DNA of 64,000 nt, from positions 15,624,001 through 15,688,000 of the forward strand of contig NC_043024.1 in NCBI RefSeq assembly GCF_006345805.1. Direction: 5' to 3'. This DNA comes from Octopus sinensis. Taxonomy: Eukaryota. Both the position numbers and the translations under genes were made by a program. Positions 24,945-37,465 of the stretch are shown here, piece by piece (the first letter of the stretch is position 1; the number at the start of each line of letters is the position of its first letter). The notes under the pieces are model-generated. The model did not search any database. It saw only the letters and a list, made by a program, of their open reading frames with translations, and was not told where the DNA came from.

Positions 24945-25029
24945 CACTACAACAAACCACAGCACATACCCAAGGCACACAGAGCAGTGCTCAATAGCGC
25001 AGTGAAAGCACGTGATAAAAATAAGACCA

Positions 25030-25035
<6 letters not shown>
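24945..25035 (+). mobile_element. R4/Dong-like 3' UTR stub followed by (AAT)n
   Basis: Matches 2690-2780 (cacagcacatacccaaggcacacagagc...ctgaataataat). Confidence 0.8.
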
Positions 25036-25082
<47 letters not shown>

Positions 25083-25194
25083 TAATAATACAGTAATCCC
25101 TCGATTATCACGGGTGTTACATTCTAACTCTCCCCACCCCACACCACTATAGGTGAAACTCCATGAAGTAGAAACAGTACTTGTACCGTATATT

Positions 25195-26945
25195 TTTTCT
25201 TTTTTTTGTTTCAGTCATTTTACTGTGGCCATGCTGGAGCACTACCTTTAGTTGAAGAAAACAGACCCCAGGACTTATTCTTTGTAAGCCTAGTACTTAT
25301 TCTATCAGTCTCGTTTGCCAAACCGCTAAGTTACGGGGACGTAAGCACACTAACATTGGTTGCCAAGTGATGATAGGGGGACAAACACAGATGCACGAAT
25401 ACATACACACACACACACACATGCACAATGGGCTTCTTTCAGTTTCCGTCGACCAAATCCACCCACAAGGCTATGGTCAGCATGAGGCTATAGTAGAAAA
25501 CACTTGCCCAAGGTACCATGCAGTGGGACTGAACCTGGAACCATGTGGTTGGTAAGCAAGCTTCTTTATTTTATGAAATTGGCCATGAAGGCCTTACAGA
25601 GAAGCAATGCAGGCTGGACATATACATTAATGAGATGAAAATGACAAATACGAATGATGTAAATGGGAAGGGTATTTGGCACCCAGAGACCGAACACCCT
25701 TCGAAATCACAGGTTTGATAGACTTTTAGATTTTTATGTAATACATAAAAATCTAAAAGTCTATCAAACATCAAAAATACACTATTGCTTTTCCCTTCCT
25801 CCTCCTTCCGGACACCCAGTCAAATATCTAGCCACCTGCAGAGCAGACCACGTTGACAGCTGGGAGTTCAGAAAGAAGAAGGTGAAGTGCCTTTATCAAA
25901 TATTTGTGCCACACAGTGTCACAATTTATAACTCACCACCTCCGCAGTTACCTGCGGAGGCCACCTTTGACTGCTTGAGCACGCCGAGAACACCCGTTCT
26001 TGGTCATCTAAGCCACCCAAGTATTCATCAACAGGCCCCCACTCGAGGAAAAGGAGGACAAAATCCTCCTCCTCTTCAGGGGGTGTTCTCTGTCTGCTCT
26101 GTCAGTGGCACAACTCCCACTGACAGAGCCTCGCACGCTGGCTGCACACATCCCACCGGCACTTCAATAAGCGGCACTGAGCTATCCGCTGACTGTCCCC
26201 TGCTCCCCCTTTTCCTCTTTCTCTTTGAGGCTGCGGGGGCAGAGGCCTGCATCAGCGAGCACAGGGGGACACTATCTCCCTCCGCCTCCTGTGCCGCCTG
26301 CACATTATTTGGTGAGCAACCATTGTTGCTCACCTTTCTTTTCTCTTCATGGAGGCAACTTCCACCGTCTCCCCTGCCACAGGGGATGGGGGTGGGCACC
26401 TTACTTTCCTGTACGGGGCCATGTTATGGCCCTGGGGAACAGTCCTTCCTAATGTAGCCTGGCTCCAGGCACGAGCGACACTTGGGGGAGGCGACCCTCA
26501 AGTATCACCAGATACCTGCAGCCAGCCATTTTTAGGAAGTTCGGGAATACCATTTTGCCTGTGGCCAATGGGGTCCATAAGGTCAAAATTCCTTTTGACC
26601 CCTCCAAGTCGACCGCTGGCATCATTCTCACATTTAAGAGCCTGGGCATGCTATCCCCCAAGCTCTGCCAGAAGGTATCACCAATCCATCCTGCTTCTGT
26701 GCCCAGGGGTAGCCCACACACCCAAGCTTTTATTATCCTCCTCCCACAATAAGTGGGGAGGAACAAAATTTCTTGCCCCTCATGGGTCTCGCTGGCAAAT
26801 CTGCCAGCTTACTCAGGGGTACCAAACAGCAACCAGACCGTTGCAAATTTGGTTCCCTGTGATATAAGTAATTTGGTCCCCTGTGATATAAGTAATTTGG
26901 TCCCCCGTGTGGTAAGCAAGCTTCTTACCACACAGCCACTCCTAT
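25195..26945 (-). mobile_element. SINE family B split by a 1343-bp insertion
   Basis: SINE stops at 25566 and resumes at 26910 (..cttaccacacagccactcc). Confidence 0.85.
25567..26909 (-). mobile_element. ORF1-only L1/Tx1-like retroelement (HAL1-like) with 17-bp TSD
   Basis: tggtaagcaagcttctt at 25550-25566 and 26910-26926; ORF1-like PTYCGRR..VILEGRLP/KCRSCLEPGYIRKDC zinc knuckle; 24-bp tandem repeats at the 5' end; ends ..cataaaataa; no ORF2 seen. Confidence 0.7.
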
Positions 26946-27061
26946 GCAAAATAACACCACGGAGGAAATGATGTAAGCTTAAATAATAAACCATGATAGG
27001 TGAACCATTATATGGCAAGGGATTACTGTAATAGAATGGAATGGTAAAAAATTTATATACA

Positions 27062-27462
27062 ACTAGCAGTATCGCCCGGCGTTGCTCGGGTTTGTAAGGG
27101 AAATAACTATATAAGCATTTTTAGAGAGTTATAGCCAAAAAATTAGCAAAAAATGCATTAAAAATGGAAAAAAAATTATGGTAATTTTTTTTTTTAATCG
27201 TTGACTGATCGTAAACATTTTTAGAGAGTTACTTCCCTTATATAATAGCGAAAAAAATGCATTAAAATGGAAAAAAATGATGGTAAATTTTTTTTAAAAT
27301 CATAGACTCATTGTAGATGCGCGCTAATACCCAGAAGGGCTCGATATGAATCACGACTATAAGATACCCACTTTTGGTTAAACTGCACCGCAAAATGTGG
27401 GAGTAGTTAGGAATCTAAATCGTAGGAGACAGACACACAACCTCACTTTTATATATAAAGAT
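27062..27462 (+). mobile_element. Non-autonomous Helitron/Helentron-like element
   Basis: Starts actagcagtatcgcccggcgttgctcggg (GC hairpin) and ends acagacacacaacctcacttttatatataaagat; internal ~90-bp duplication; related starts at 32415 and ~7945 (minus). Confidence 0.55.
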
Positions 27463-27486
27463 AATAATTCTAATACTGATACTATC

Positions 27487-27525
<39 letters not shown>

Positions 27526-27598
27526 TACAGCAAATATTCTGCTCAATACCACAGATTTGCTCTACAGCAAATATTCTGCTCAATACCACAGATTTGCC

Positions 27599-28155
27599 AT
27601 GCCCTGATGCAGTACCAGGCAGTGGCTCTCATGGCTTCTGATCTTAACTGATTGGAAGTGTTATCATGTACATTGTTTTGTCTTGGTATAAAAGATGGGC
27701 TACAGCAAATATTCTGCTCAATACCACAGATTTGCTTGTCAGTTGTTTGACCTTAACCAGTTGAGCATGTCCCTTCGTGGCTGACAATATGTGCATCTCT
27801 GATCACGAGCAGAAGTAGTGGGGGAGCATCATAGCCATGTGTTGAGAGGGATTCTTTGGGGTTTGAATAGTTCACCTCTGGAAACATGGGTGGTTCTTTC
27901 AACATCCTTAAACAACCCTTATTCAGGGACCGTTTGAGCGGGATGGGCTACTCAATCTGAAGAAAATTCTAACTGGGCCCCACCTGCAAGGTCATGTGCT
28001 GTTTATCTTGATATGAGATCACCATGTCGCGCACATATGGTTGTGATGCATGTGCCTGGTGTACCTTCATCAGACGGGTAGTCATGATGGGTATATTGGG
28101 CTTCGTATATTTTACCCCAGTGTCACTTTGATGGCATGCACTGCTCTCTCACTCA
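27599..28155 (+). mobile_element. 550-bp AAT-associated element, second full copy, preceded by two extra copies of an internal 36-bp segment
   Basis: Aligns end to end with 471-1024; AAT repeats on both sides. Confidence 0.85.
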
Positions 28156-28187
28156 ATAATAATAATAATAATAATAATGATAATAAA

Positions 28188-28227
<40 letters not shown>

Positions 28228-28296
28228 GTAATAGTAATAATAATAATGAACATGAAGATGATGATGATGATGATGGTGATGAACAATTTATCTTAC

Positions 28297-28429
28297 CCAC
28301 ATATGTAAAAAAATAACGAAGGAACGAACAGCCATGTTTGGCTAAAATGGAAATTTTGTGAATAGCGCCATCTTTATGATAAATATTGGCTGCTGCTTCA
28401 TGTCTTTCAATGAAATATTTGACACTGTT
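28297..28429 (-). CDS. Candidate exon (NSVKYFIERHEAAANIYHKDGAIHKISILAKHGCSFLRYFFTYV)
   Basis: tctttag acceptor; GG/gtaaga donor; 44 open codons. Confidence 0.3.
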
Positions 28430-29427
28430 CTAAAGACTTTATTGGTCTCTGCCAATAAAAGGAATACATATTGGAACCAAAACACGATGAGGAGAAGAAG
28501 GAGGGCAAGGATGAGGTGGGAAAATAAAAGAAGAATTTCTATTACAGGAATCACCATTGCTGAAAAAAAATAACATGTTCTCATTCACCAAAATAAAGAA
28601 TTTCTGTAATGTCAAGTGGTTTTTCTGGATGTTTTTGGTGTGTGATTGGTTTTTATTTTTTTTTGGTGTGGTTGTGGGTCTTTTTTTTTCTTTTTCTTTA
28701 TTTTCTTTGTATTTCAAAAATTTGTTTTTTCTTTGAGTTGATGGAATAATTCCTTCTCTGAATATATTTCCTAATTTCTTTGCGCATATAACTAGTTTAG
28801 TTTTGGTTAGGGGAGGAAGTTGGGGAGGAGGGAGAGGGATGGGAAGATGGAGAAGGGGAGAAAGGAGAGAGAGAAGAAGGAAGAATGAGAGCAGGGGAGT
28901 GGGAGAAAGGAGAGGAGGGAAAAGGGGTTGTGGAAGAGGAGGAGAAGAAAAATAACAAGAGGGAGGAAGAAGAGAAGGAGGAGGAAGGAGAAGAAGAAGA
29001 AGAAGAAGAAGAGGAAAAGGAAAATGAAGAAGGGGAGAGAGGAGGAGGAAAATGAAGAAGAAGAAGAACAAGAAGGGCAAGAAGGGGAAAATTAAGTGGA
29101 AGAAGAAGAAGTAGAAGAAGTACTCAAGGATATGACTGGTACTTATTAGATTGGTTCTAGTAGTCTGATGAAGAACATGGGTGGATTAAAATATAAATCC
29201 TATGAGAGAGGGATGGGGAGAGAGAGAGTGGGGAAAAGGGGGAGAGGGAAAGAGAGAGGAAAAAGACTAATTTGTGGTGATTGGAATGTCTTCTATCAGA
29301 GGTCTGAGAGACCATGGTTCTTGGTCTGCCTTGCGAGTGGATTTGGTAGATGCAAACTGAAAGAAGGCCATCATATATGTATATATATGTGTGTGAGTAA
29401 GTATCTCTTTTATTTCTTTGCCACATT

Positions 29428-29480
29428 TATCACTGACGAAGGGAGGGTTCTTATGAACTAACCCTGAAATCGGTCCAATA
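29428..29480 (+). ncRNA. Degenerate type I hammerhead motif
   Basis: ctgacga-aggg..ccct-gaaa-tcgg-tc; stems I and III imperfect. Confidence 0.45.
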
Positions 29481-29627
29481 TGGTAATAATGGAATCTTTT
29501 AGAAATTTCTGTCGACCTTTTTTGAGTAGCGTGCGTATTGTGAAAAATTATATGGTTATGGACAAGGTGTCTAATTTCGGCATATTTGGCATTAGAAATT
29601 TTTTCGTTTGCCCTTATCTATAAGTTG

Positions 29628-29679
<52 letters not shown>

Positions 29680-29715
29680 TATATATATGTATATATATAT
29701 GTGTGTGTATATATA

Positions 29716-29758
<43 letters not shown>

Positions 29759-29772
29759 TATATATGTATATG

Positions 29773-29807
<35 letters not shown>

Positions 29808-29849
29808 GTGTGCGTATTTGTGTGTGTGTTTGTTCTCCAAACATTGCTC

Positions 29850-30300
29850 AACCACAGATGTTCGTGTGTTTGCATCCCTGAAACTTAGCGGTTCAGCAAA
29901 AGAGTCCGATAGAATAAGCACTAGGTTTACAAAGGAGAAGTCCTGGTGTTGATTTGTTTGACTAAAGGAGGTGCTCCAGCATGGCCGCAGTCAAATGACT
30001 GAAACAAGTAAATGAATAAAAGAATAAAAGAACACACACACACACACACACATACTGGAGTAAGCACAGAAATGTGAAACAAGGTAGAAAAAAGAGTACT
30101 CAAATACCAGAGGTAGAGTAATATATATATATTATTCATTTGACTGTGGCCATGCTGGAGCACCACCTTTTAGTCAAAGAAATTAGACCCTGGGCTTATT
30201 TTTTGTGAGATTGGTACTTATTTTATTGTTCCCTTTTGCCAAACTGCTAAGTTACAGCGATGTAAACACATCATCGGTTGTCAAACGATAGTGGAGGCAT
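29850..30300. mobile_element. Two SINE family B 3' halves in inverted (tail-to-tail) orientation
   Basis: 29850-30030 plus; 30130-30300 minus. Confidence 0.8.
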
Positions 30301-30349
30301 AAACACAGAGACAAACACACAAATATATACACATATATATATGTATATA

Positions 30350-30615
30350 TATATTGGGAGAGTTCACAAAAAAAGCAAAAGATGAAGACAGGTAGAAAAC
30401 AAACAGATGTATTAGTATAACGCTCAGGAATAGAAAAAGTCTTTTACGTTTCGAGCCTATGCTCATCTACAGAAAGGGACACAGAAGTAAAAAGGAGAAA
30501 AACAAGGAGAGAAAAAAAGGAGAGAAAAAAAGGAGAGAAAAAACAAGGAGAGAAACAAGGAGAGAGAAAAGGAGAGAAAAAACAAGGAGAGAAAAAATGT
30601 GTAGTGGCTACCAAT
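30350..30615 (-). mobile_element. pLTR-like repeat with a CUGUAGA hammerhead motif (30441-30476)
   Basis: Reverse complement: cttt-ctgtaga-t-gagc(atag)gctc-gaaa-cg-ta-aaag. Confidence 0.65.
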
Positions 30616-30622
30616 CTATATA

Positions 30623-30664
<42 letters not shown>

Positions 30665-30665
<1 letters not shown>

Positions 30666-30790
30666 GACAAGCTTCTTTCAGTTTCCATCTACCAAATCCA
30701 CTCACAAGGCTATGGTCAGCCTGAGGCTATAGTAGAAGACACTTGCCCAAGCTGCCACACAGAACTGAACCCAGAGCCGTGTGGTTTGGA
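30665..30790 (-). mobile_element. SINE family B, 5' part
   Basis: ctttcagtttccatctaccaaatccactcacaaggc. Confidence 0.8.
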
Positions 30791-31382
30791 AAGGAGAAAC
30801 TTTGACACCTCAGGCTAAAGAATGTCTTCACTCACATAATGTGTTGTTACCTGTTTGGTGAGATATGAAAGGTTTAGTCCACTTTGAACTTTTAAACCCA
30901 AACCAAATGATAACAAAGAAGATCTACTGGGAGCAGCTCGAGCGGCTTAAGTCAGCACTAGAAGAAAAACAACCATCTTTGGTTACAAGATGAAAGGCGT
31001 TTTTCCATCATGATAATGCTCAGCCATATACAGCAAGGATGACATTCCAAAGGCTGGAGCAGTTTGAATGGAAAATGATTCCCTACCCACCATATTCGAC
31101 GAATATTGCCCCATCCGATTATCATTTATTCCACAGTTTTCAAAATCATTTGGACTGAAAAAATATGAATTCTGTAGACGAGATCAGAAAAGTAGTGGAG
31201 GAGTATTTTTTGTTAGGACAAATGAATGTTTGGAAGAGGGGCCTTGCAAGTCTACCAGATAGATGGAAGAGCATTGTAGAAAATGAAGGAGAGTATATTT
31301 TAGATTAAAAAAAGAACTTTGTTGATCTGAATTTTGAAAAATAACAGAAGTATAAAAAAACTGCATTATTTATGGGCTGATC

Positions 31383-31385
<3 letters not shown>
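30790..31385 (+). mobile_element. Mariner transposase 3' half plus TIR, decayed
   Basis: VW*D.KGLVHFELL..FHHDNAQP..IAPSDYHLF..LPDRWKSIVENEGEY; ends ctgcattatttatgggctgatccaa followed by TA. Confidence 0.85.
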
Positions 31386-31418
<33 letters not shown>

Positions 31419-32249
31419 GTATGTATGTATGCATGTATGTATGCATGCATGAATGTATGTATGTATGTATGTATGTATCTTTATATTAAAAATGTAGGTA
31501 GATAGACAGTGAGGCAGATAAATAGACAAATAGATAGACAGATAGGCAAACAGGTAGATAGATACACACACACACACACAAACACAATTTTCAGGAAAAA
31601 ATGCAAACACTGTTATTTATTTGCAAAAAAATAAAAATGCAACAAAAGCTCGACAAGAGATAACAGTAAAAACATAAAACAAACACAATAAATATATAAA
31701 TAAAGACTAATATTTAAAATTAGCCAGATTAAGAATTAAAACTGAAGAATTAAGAATGAGGAATTCTACTTGAATACCATTATTTTTTTTATATATTTTT
31801 CACCTGATTCCACACTATGGTTTCTTCTGCATATCTTCAACTTGAAAAGATCAAATTCAACTTGACTTCACTTCACCAGTCAACTCTTTACCTGTCTCAT
31901 CCATGGTAGATGTTATTGCATGTTTCTTGAAGAATGTACAACATGACCTACATAACATTTACATATTGATTAATCATTGATTTTTGGGAGGGGTTTTATT
32001 CTTTTTTTTTTGCTTTATTGTTTTATTTGTTGTTTTTTTCTGTTGAGTTTGTGTTTTTTTTCTTGCTTTTTTTCTTTGTCCTTGATTCTAAGGGAAAAAA
32101 ATAATAATTTTTTTACCAATTTTTTTATTTAAAGTTTGTTTTGTCTTTTGTTTGGTTTTGTTCATTTTCATGTTGCGGCATTGGTGGTGGTGGTAATGAC
32201 ATATATATATATATTTATATATATATATATATATATGTATGTAAGTATG

Positions 32250-32280
<31 letters not shown>

Positions 32281-32299
32281 CTATATATATATATATATC

Positions 32300-32334
<35 letters not shown>

Positions 32335-32360
32335 TATATATATATACATGTATGTATATG

Positions 32361-32414
<54 letters not shown>

Positions 32415-32415
<1 letters not shown>

Positions 32416-33480
32416 TAGCAGTATAACCTGGCCTATACGGGATTAAGTTACGATTATTAAGCTAATCAAGTTCTTTATTTCAAACCAAACTAAGTAATAT
32501 AGACGTCAAATTTGGGCGAAATCCATTGAAATTAGTTATATTATATATATATATGTTATATATATATTATATATATATAATATAATATAAATATATATGG
32601 GCAACAGACACGAACACACATACACATATGTATGTACGTATTGCATGTTTTGTGCATACATGTTCATAAACAGAAATGAATGGAAAAAATGTTGTTAAAT
32701 TTGTAGATTAACACTCTCACAATTTTCACTAAGAAAAAAAATCGGTTTTTTTGCATGGAATCAACTACTCTGGCCTCAAAACCCTTTTTGTGGTCCGTGA
32801 AATGGAGTGGGGTGTGGTTGAAGCCTCGCAAATTGTACCCATTTATATTGTGTAATTCACTGACAAATTGTTGCTCACCTCTTTGTTTCTTTGTTGTTAA
32901 ATAAATGGATTCTCAACAAAACACTTTTTACTCGGCTTAAAATAAAGACAAAACTCTTTCGCACTCAAAGTAATGTGTGAGAGAGAGAGAGGGGGGGAGA
33001 AAGATGAACGATTTAAAATAAATAAATGATTTAAAATAAATATATTGTAATTGTTGTGTGAGAAAGTATATATACTATGATTATAAAATATATTGTGCCT
33101 TTCAAAAACAAAAAACAAAACATTTTACATTTTATTTTTTTATGAATGTAGTCACTTACTCTCTCTCTCTTTCACTTTGTCTTTCTCATGAAGCTCTCTG
33201 CCTCCTTCCACTTTTCTTTATCTTATTTTTTTTGTTAGACACCATCAAAAAGCAATGGCTGATATTTGTTATGGTTAAAAGCTATGGTTGAAAATGGGTG
33301 AAAATAGATTCTTACCCTATCCGTGGGTGCCTCGAGAAAAAAATAAGTTGACAAAACCCAGATAGGATGTTGACAAATGTCCTCCTAAAATTTGAGCGAC
33401 ATGCATGCTAATTTGTGGATGTGCATAAATTACAATCACGTACACACACACACACACACATCCTCCCTTTTATAGATATG
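32415..33480 (+). mobile_element. Non-autonomous Helitron/Helentron-like element, ~1 kb
   Basis: Start tactagcagtataacctggc; end acacacacatcctcccttttatagatatgat, similar in architecture to 27062-27462; interior uncertain. Confidence 0.4.
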
Positions 33481-33494
33481 ATATATATATATAT

Positions 33495-34137
33495 ATATCA
33501 TCATCATCATCGCTTAACGTCCACTTTCCATGCTGGCATGGGTTGGACAATGTGACTGAGGGCTGGCGAACCAGATGGCTGCACCAGGCTCCAATCTGAT
33601 CCGGCAGAGTTTCTACAGCTGAATGTCCTTCCTAATGCCAACCACTCTGAGAGTGTAGTGAGTGCTTTTATGTACCACCGGCACGAGGGCCAGTCAGGCA
33701 TTACTGGCAACACCTGTGTTCAAATGGTGTTTTTTATGTGCCACCTGCACAGGAACCAGTCCAGTGGCACTGGCAACGACCTCACTCAAATATTTTTTCA
33801 CGTTCCACTGGCACAGAAGCAAGTCAGTTGCTCTGGCAATGATCACACTCGGATGCTGCTCTTAGCGCTCCACTAGCACGGATGCCAGTCATCGAATTTG
33901 ATTTCGATTTCACTTGCCTCAACAGGTCTTCGCAAGCAGAGTTTAGTGTCCAATGAAGGAAAGCTTTGCACAAGTCTGTTGGTTACACCCCTGGCATAAG
34001 CCACAGGTTATGGTCTCACTTGGCTTGCCTGGTCTTCTCAAGCACAGAATATTTCCAAAGGTGTCGGTTACTAGTCATAGCCTCGGAGAGGCCTAATGTT
34101 CGAAGGTCATGCTTCACCACCTCATCCCAGATCTTCC
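33495..34137 (-). mobile_element. RTE-clade LINE 3' end (ORF C-terminus, long 3' UTR, GAT tail)
   Basis: RKIWDEVVKHDLRTLGLSEAMTSNRHLWKYSV stop; UTR contains ~60-bp tandem units and ggttggcattaggaagg; ends gttaagcgatgatgat. Confidence 0.85.
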
Positions 34138-34187
34138 TATATATATATATATATATATGTATGAATATGGATATATATCTATATCTA

Positions 34188-34238
<51 letters not shown>

Positions 34239-34928
34239 ATATATATATATATATACACATATGCATATACATATACACACATATATATATATATGTATGT
34301 ATATCTGTGTATGTGTGTGTGTGTGTGTTTGTATATAGCTAGAAAGATTATATAGATATCTTTAGATAAATTACATATATGTATATGTATTTAGAAAAGA
34401 TATACATACCTACACACACACATCTACATATATATTTAAAAAGATTATGCATGTACATCTTTAGGAAGATTATACATTTGTATATGTGTATATATATATA
34501 TTTAGAAAAATTAATATTTAACATTTGTCTAAATCTGTTTATGTCTGTCTTATTCATTTTTCTTTATTCATTAACAACCTATAAATCATATTAAAGCAAA
34601 ATCAACAATGAAATAATATATTATACAAAGTATTTTACATCAAGAAAGAAAAGAAATCTAAGTAAATGGAGAAAGAATAGAAAGAGAAAAGGAAAGAAAA
34701 AGAGAGAGAGAGTCAGGTATTGAAAGAGAAGGAGGAGAGAAAGAGAGAGAGGGGGAGTGTGAGGGAGTCTTTATAACATCAGAATGACATCTGTTTTTAT
34801 TTGTATTCTTTATTCTGCTGGTATGCTACTGGTTTGTTGCGTGTTTTTACCATTCTGTTATGCTTCTTATTCTGTTATTCTGCTGTCCTGTTAGTTGCTG
34901 TTATTTTCTGATATTTTCTGTTATTCAG

Positions 34929-35032
34929 GGAATTTCCATCAGAGGAAAATTAAGAGAAGGAAAAAGAAAGTATCAGAGAACTTTGGCACCAATGCAAACC
35001 TAAAGCGAATGGCTACCAGCCAACTTAATAAT
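34929..35032 (+). CDS. Candidate exon (NFHQRKIKRRKKKVSENFGTNANLKRMATSQLNN)
   Basis: Long pyrimidine tract with ttcag acceptor; gtatgt donor; open frame. Confidence 0.4.
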
Positions 35033-35068
35033 GTATGTATACATACTATATATATATATATAGATCCA

Positions 35069-35103
<35 letters not shown>

Positions 35104-35119
35104 CATACTATATATAAAT

Positions 35120-35160
<41 letters not shown>

Positions 35161-35238
35161 GTATATATATATATAAACGATGATGATGATGATGATGATG
35201 ATATATATATACACATACGCACATACATATATAGTGCA

Positions 35239-35278
<40 letters not shown>

Positions 35279-35915
35279 AGTATGTTTATGAAATAAAAAA
35301 AACAATACATATATACACACATATAAATAGACAGATTTGTGTGTGCACATAAATGTATATATATATACATATATATGAATATAAATATTGGTGCTAGTGC
35401 CATGTAAAAAGCACTCAGTACCCTTTGTAAAGTGGTTGGCATTAGGAAGGGCTCCCAGCCATAGAAATCTTGCCAAAACAGACAGTGGAGTGGAGCCTGG
35501 TTTTTCTTTACGTTTCTTTACTGAATTGTGTATTTGTTTCTTTTTTTTGTGTATATGATATTTGTTATGGATCTTGCACATTAATTTCACAAGCAGGCTG
35601 TTCCATTGATTGGATCAGCTAGAATACTTGTCATCATAACTGATGGAGTGCCAGTTATGTGTGTATATATATCTATCTATCTTTCTGCATATCTCTCTAT
35701 CCATCCATCCATCCATCCATCAGTCCGTCCCTTTGTCTGTCTATCTATCTATCTATCCATCCATCTATCTATCTTATCTATCTATCTATTTATCTATATA
35801 TCTATCTCATCTATCTATCTATCTATATATCTATCTCATCTATCTATCTATCTAATCTACCTATCTATTTATCTTATCTACCTATCTATCTTATCTATCT
35901 ATCTATCTTATCTAC

Positions 35916-35979
<64 letters not shown>

Positions 35980-35999
35980 ATCTGCACCAGATTCGCATA

Positions 36000-36443
36000 G
36001 CCCTAGTCCATCCAAAGTACCTTGGATTGCAGAACGACCTGCTGTGCTTACCTTGAATCTGTGCTTGAGGAGACCTATTGAGTCAAGTACATCAACATCA
36101 AAATAAAAATCAAATGGAAATTGTAGTTGTGATACCTGTGCCGGTGGAACGTAAAAAGCACCATTCGAACGTGGCCGATGCCAACACCGCCTTGACTGGC
36201 TTCTTTGCTGGTGGCACGTAAAAAGCACCAACCGATCGTGGCCACTGCCAGCCTCCCCTGGCACGAAAAAGCACCTCCTTACACTCATAGAGTGGTTGGC
36301 GTTAGGAAGGACATCCAGCTGTAGAAACACTGCCAGATCAGACTGGAGCCTGGTGCAGTGCCCTGGCTTCCCAGACCCCGGTCAAACAGTCCAACCCGTG
36401 CTAGCACAGAAAACGGACATTAAACGACGATGATGATGATGAT
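36000..36443 (+). mobile_element. RTE LINE 3' UTR
   Basis: Same UTR and GAT tail. Confidence 0.85.
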
Positions 36444-36480
36444 CTATATCTATACCTATATATATACACACATTTATATA

Positions 36481-36580
<100 letters not shown>

Positions 36581-36984
36581 TCTTATCCATCCATCTCACC
36601 ACATAATTATTTCCTGTTAGTTTTCCAATACACCACCATACATAAAACATGTTAACACTAACTTCACTATTGTTTTTCATGCAGATGGTGTCACTGAATA
36701 ATTAATTCTCAAAACAAATGAAGCAACCTCTTTGTTCATCTCTGGCAACAATGTAACTGAGAAGTTGGGAGGGAAGGGGGAGTGTGTGACTTAACAGTGT
36801 TTCCATTATATAAGACCAAGGAGTGGATGTATTTTGTATTAATGATTCACTGTCACAGATATTGTTGTTGTTTAACCCTAGGTAACCATCGATCCAGTGG
36901 ACATACAGTCGTAGGTACTCACAACATTACTGACTGTATTTTTCTCAAACATGGTACATCTCTTAAGAGTGGTAGAATTCTCAA

Positions 36985-37465
36985 ATTCTTTTTCTACTCT
37001 AGGCACAAGGCCCAAAATTTCTGGTGAGGGGCGGGGCAGTCGATTAGATTGACCCCAGTATGCAACTGGTACTTAATTTATCAACCCTGAAAGGATGAAA
37101 GACAAAGTCAACCTTGGTGGAATTTGACCTCAGAACGTAATGACAGACAAAATACTTATTTCTTTACTACCCACAAGGGGCTAAACACAGAAAGGACAAA
37201 CAAGGACAGACAAACGGATTAAGTTGATTTGATCGACCCCAGTGCGCAACTGGTACTTAATTTATCGACCCCGAAAGGACGAAAGGCAAAGTCGACCTAG
37301 GCGGAATTTGAACTCAGAATGTAACGGCAGACGAAATACGGCTTCGCATTTCGCCCGGCGTGCTAACGTTTCTGCCAGCTCGCCGCCTTCAATGACAGAC
37401 AAAATACCGCTAAGCATTTCAGTTGGTGTGCTAACCATTCTGCCGGCTCACCACCTTAGAATTAT
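36985..37465 (-). mobile_element. Cluster of three nested SINE family A copies or fragments
   Basis: Cores at ~37080 and ~37265; extra head at ~37395-37460. Confidence 0.8.

Noticed and set aside
31800-31950. Possible minus-strand exon
   Set aside because: All three frames have stops over the full AG-GT interval
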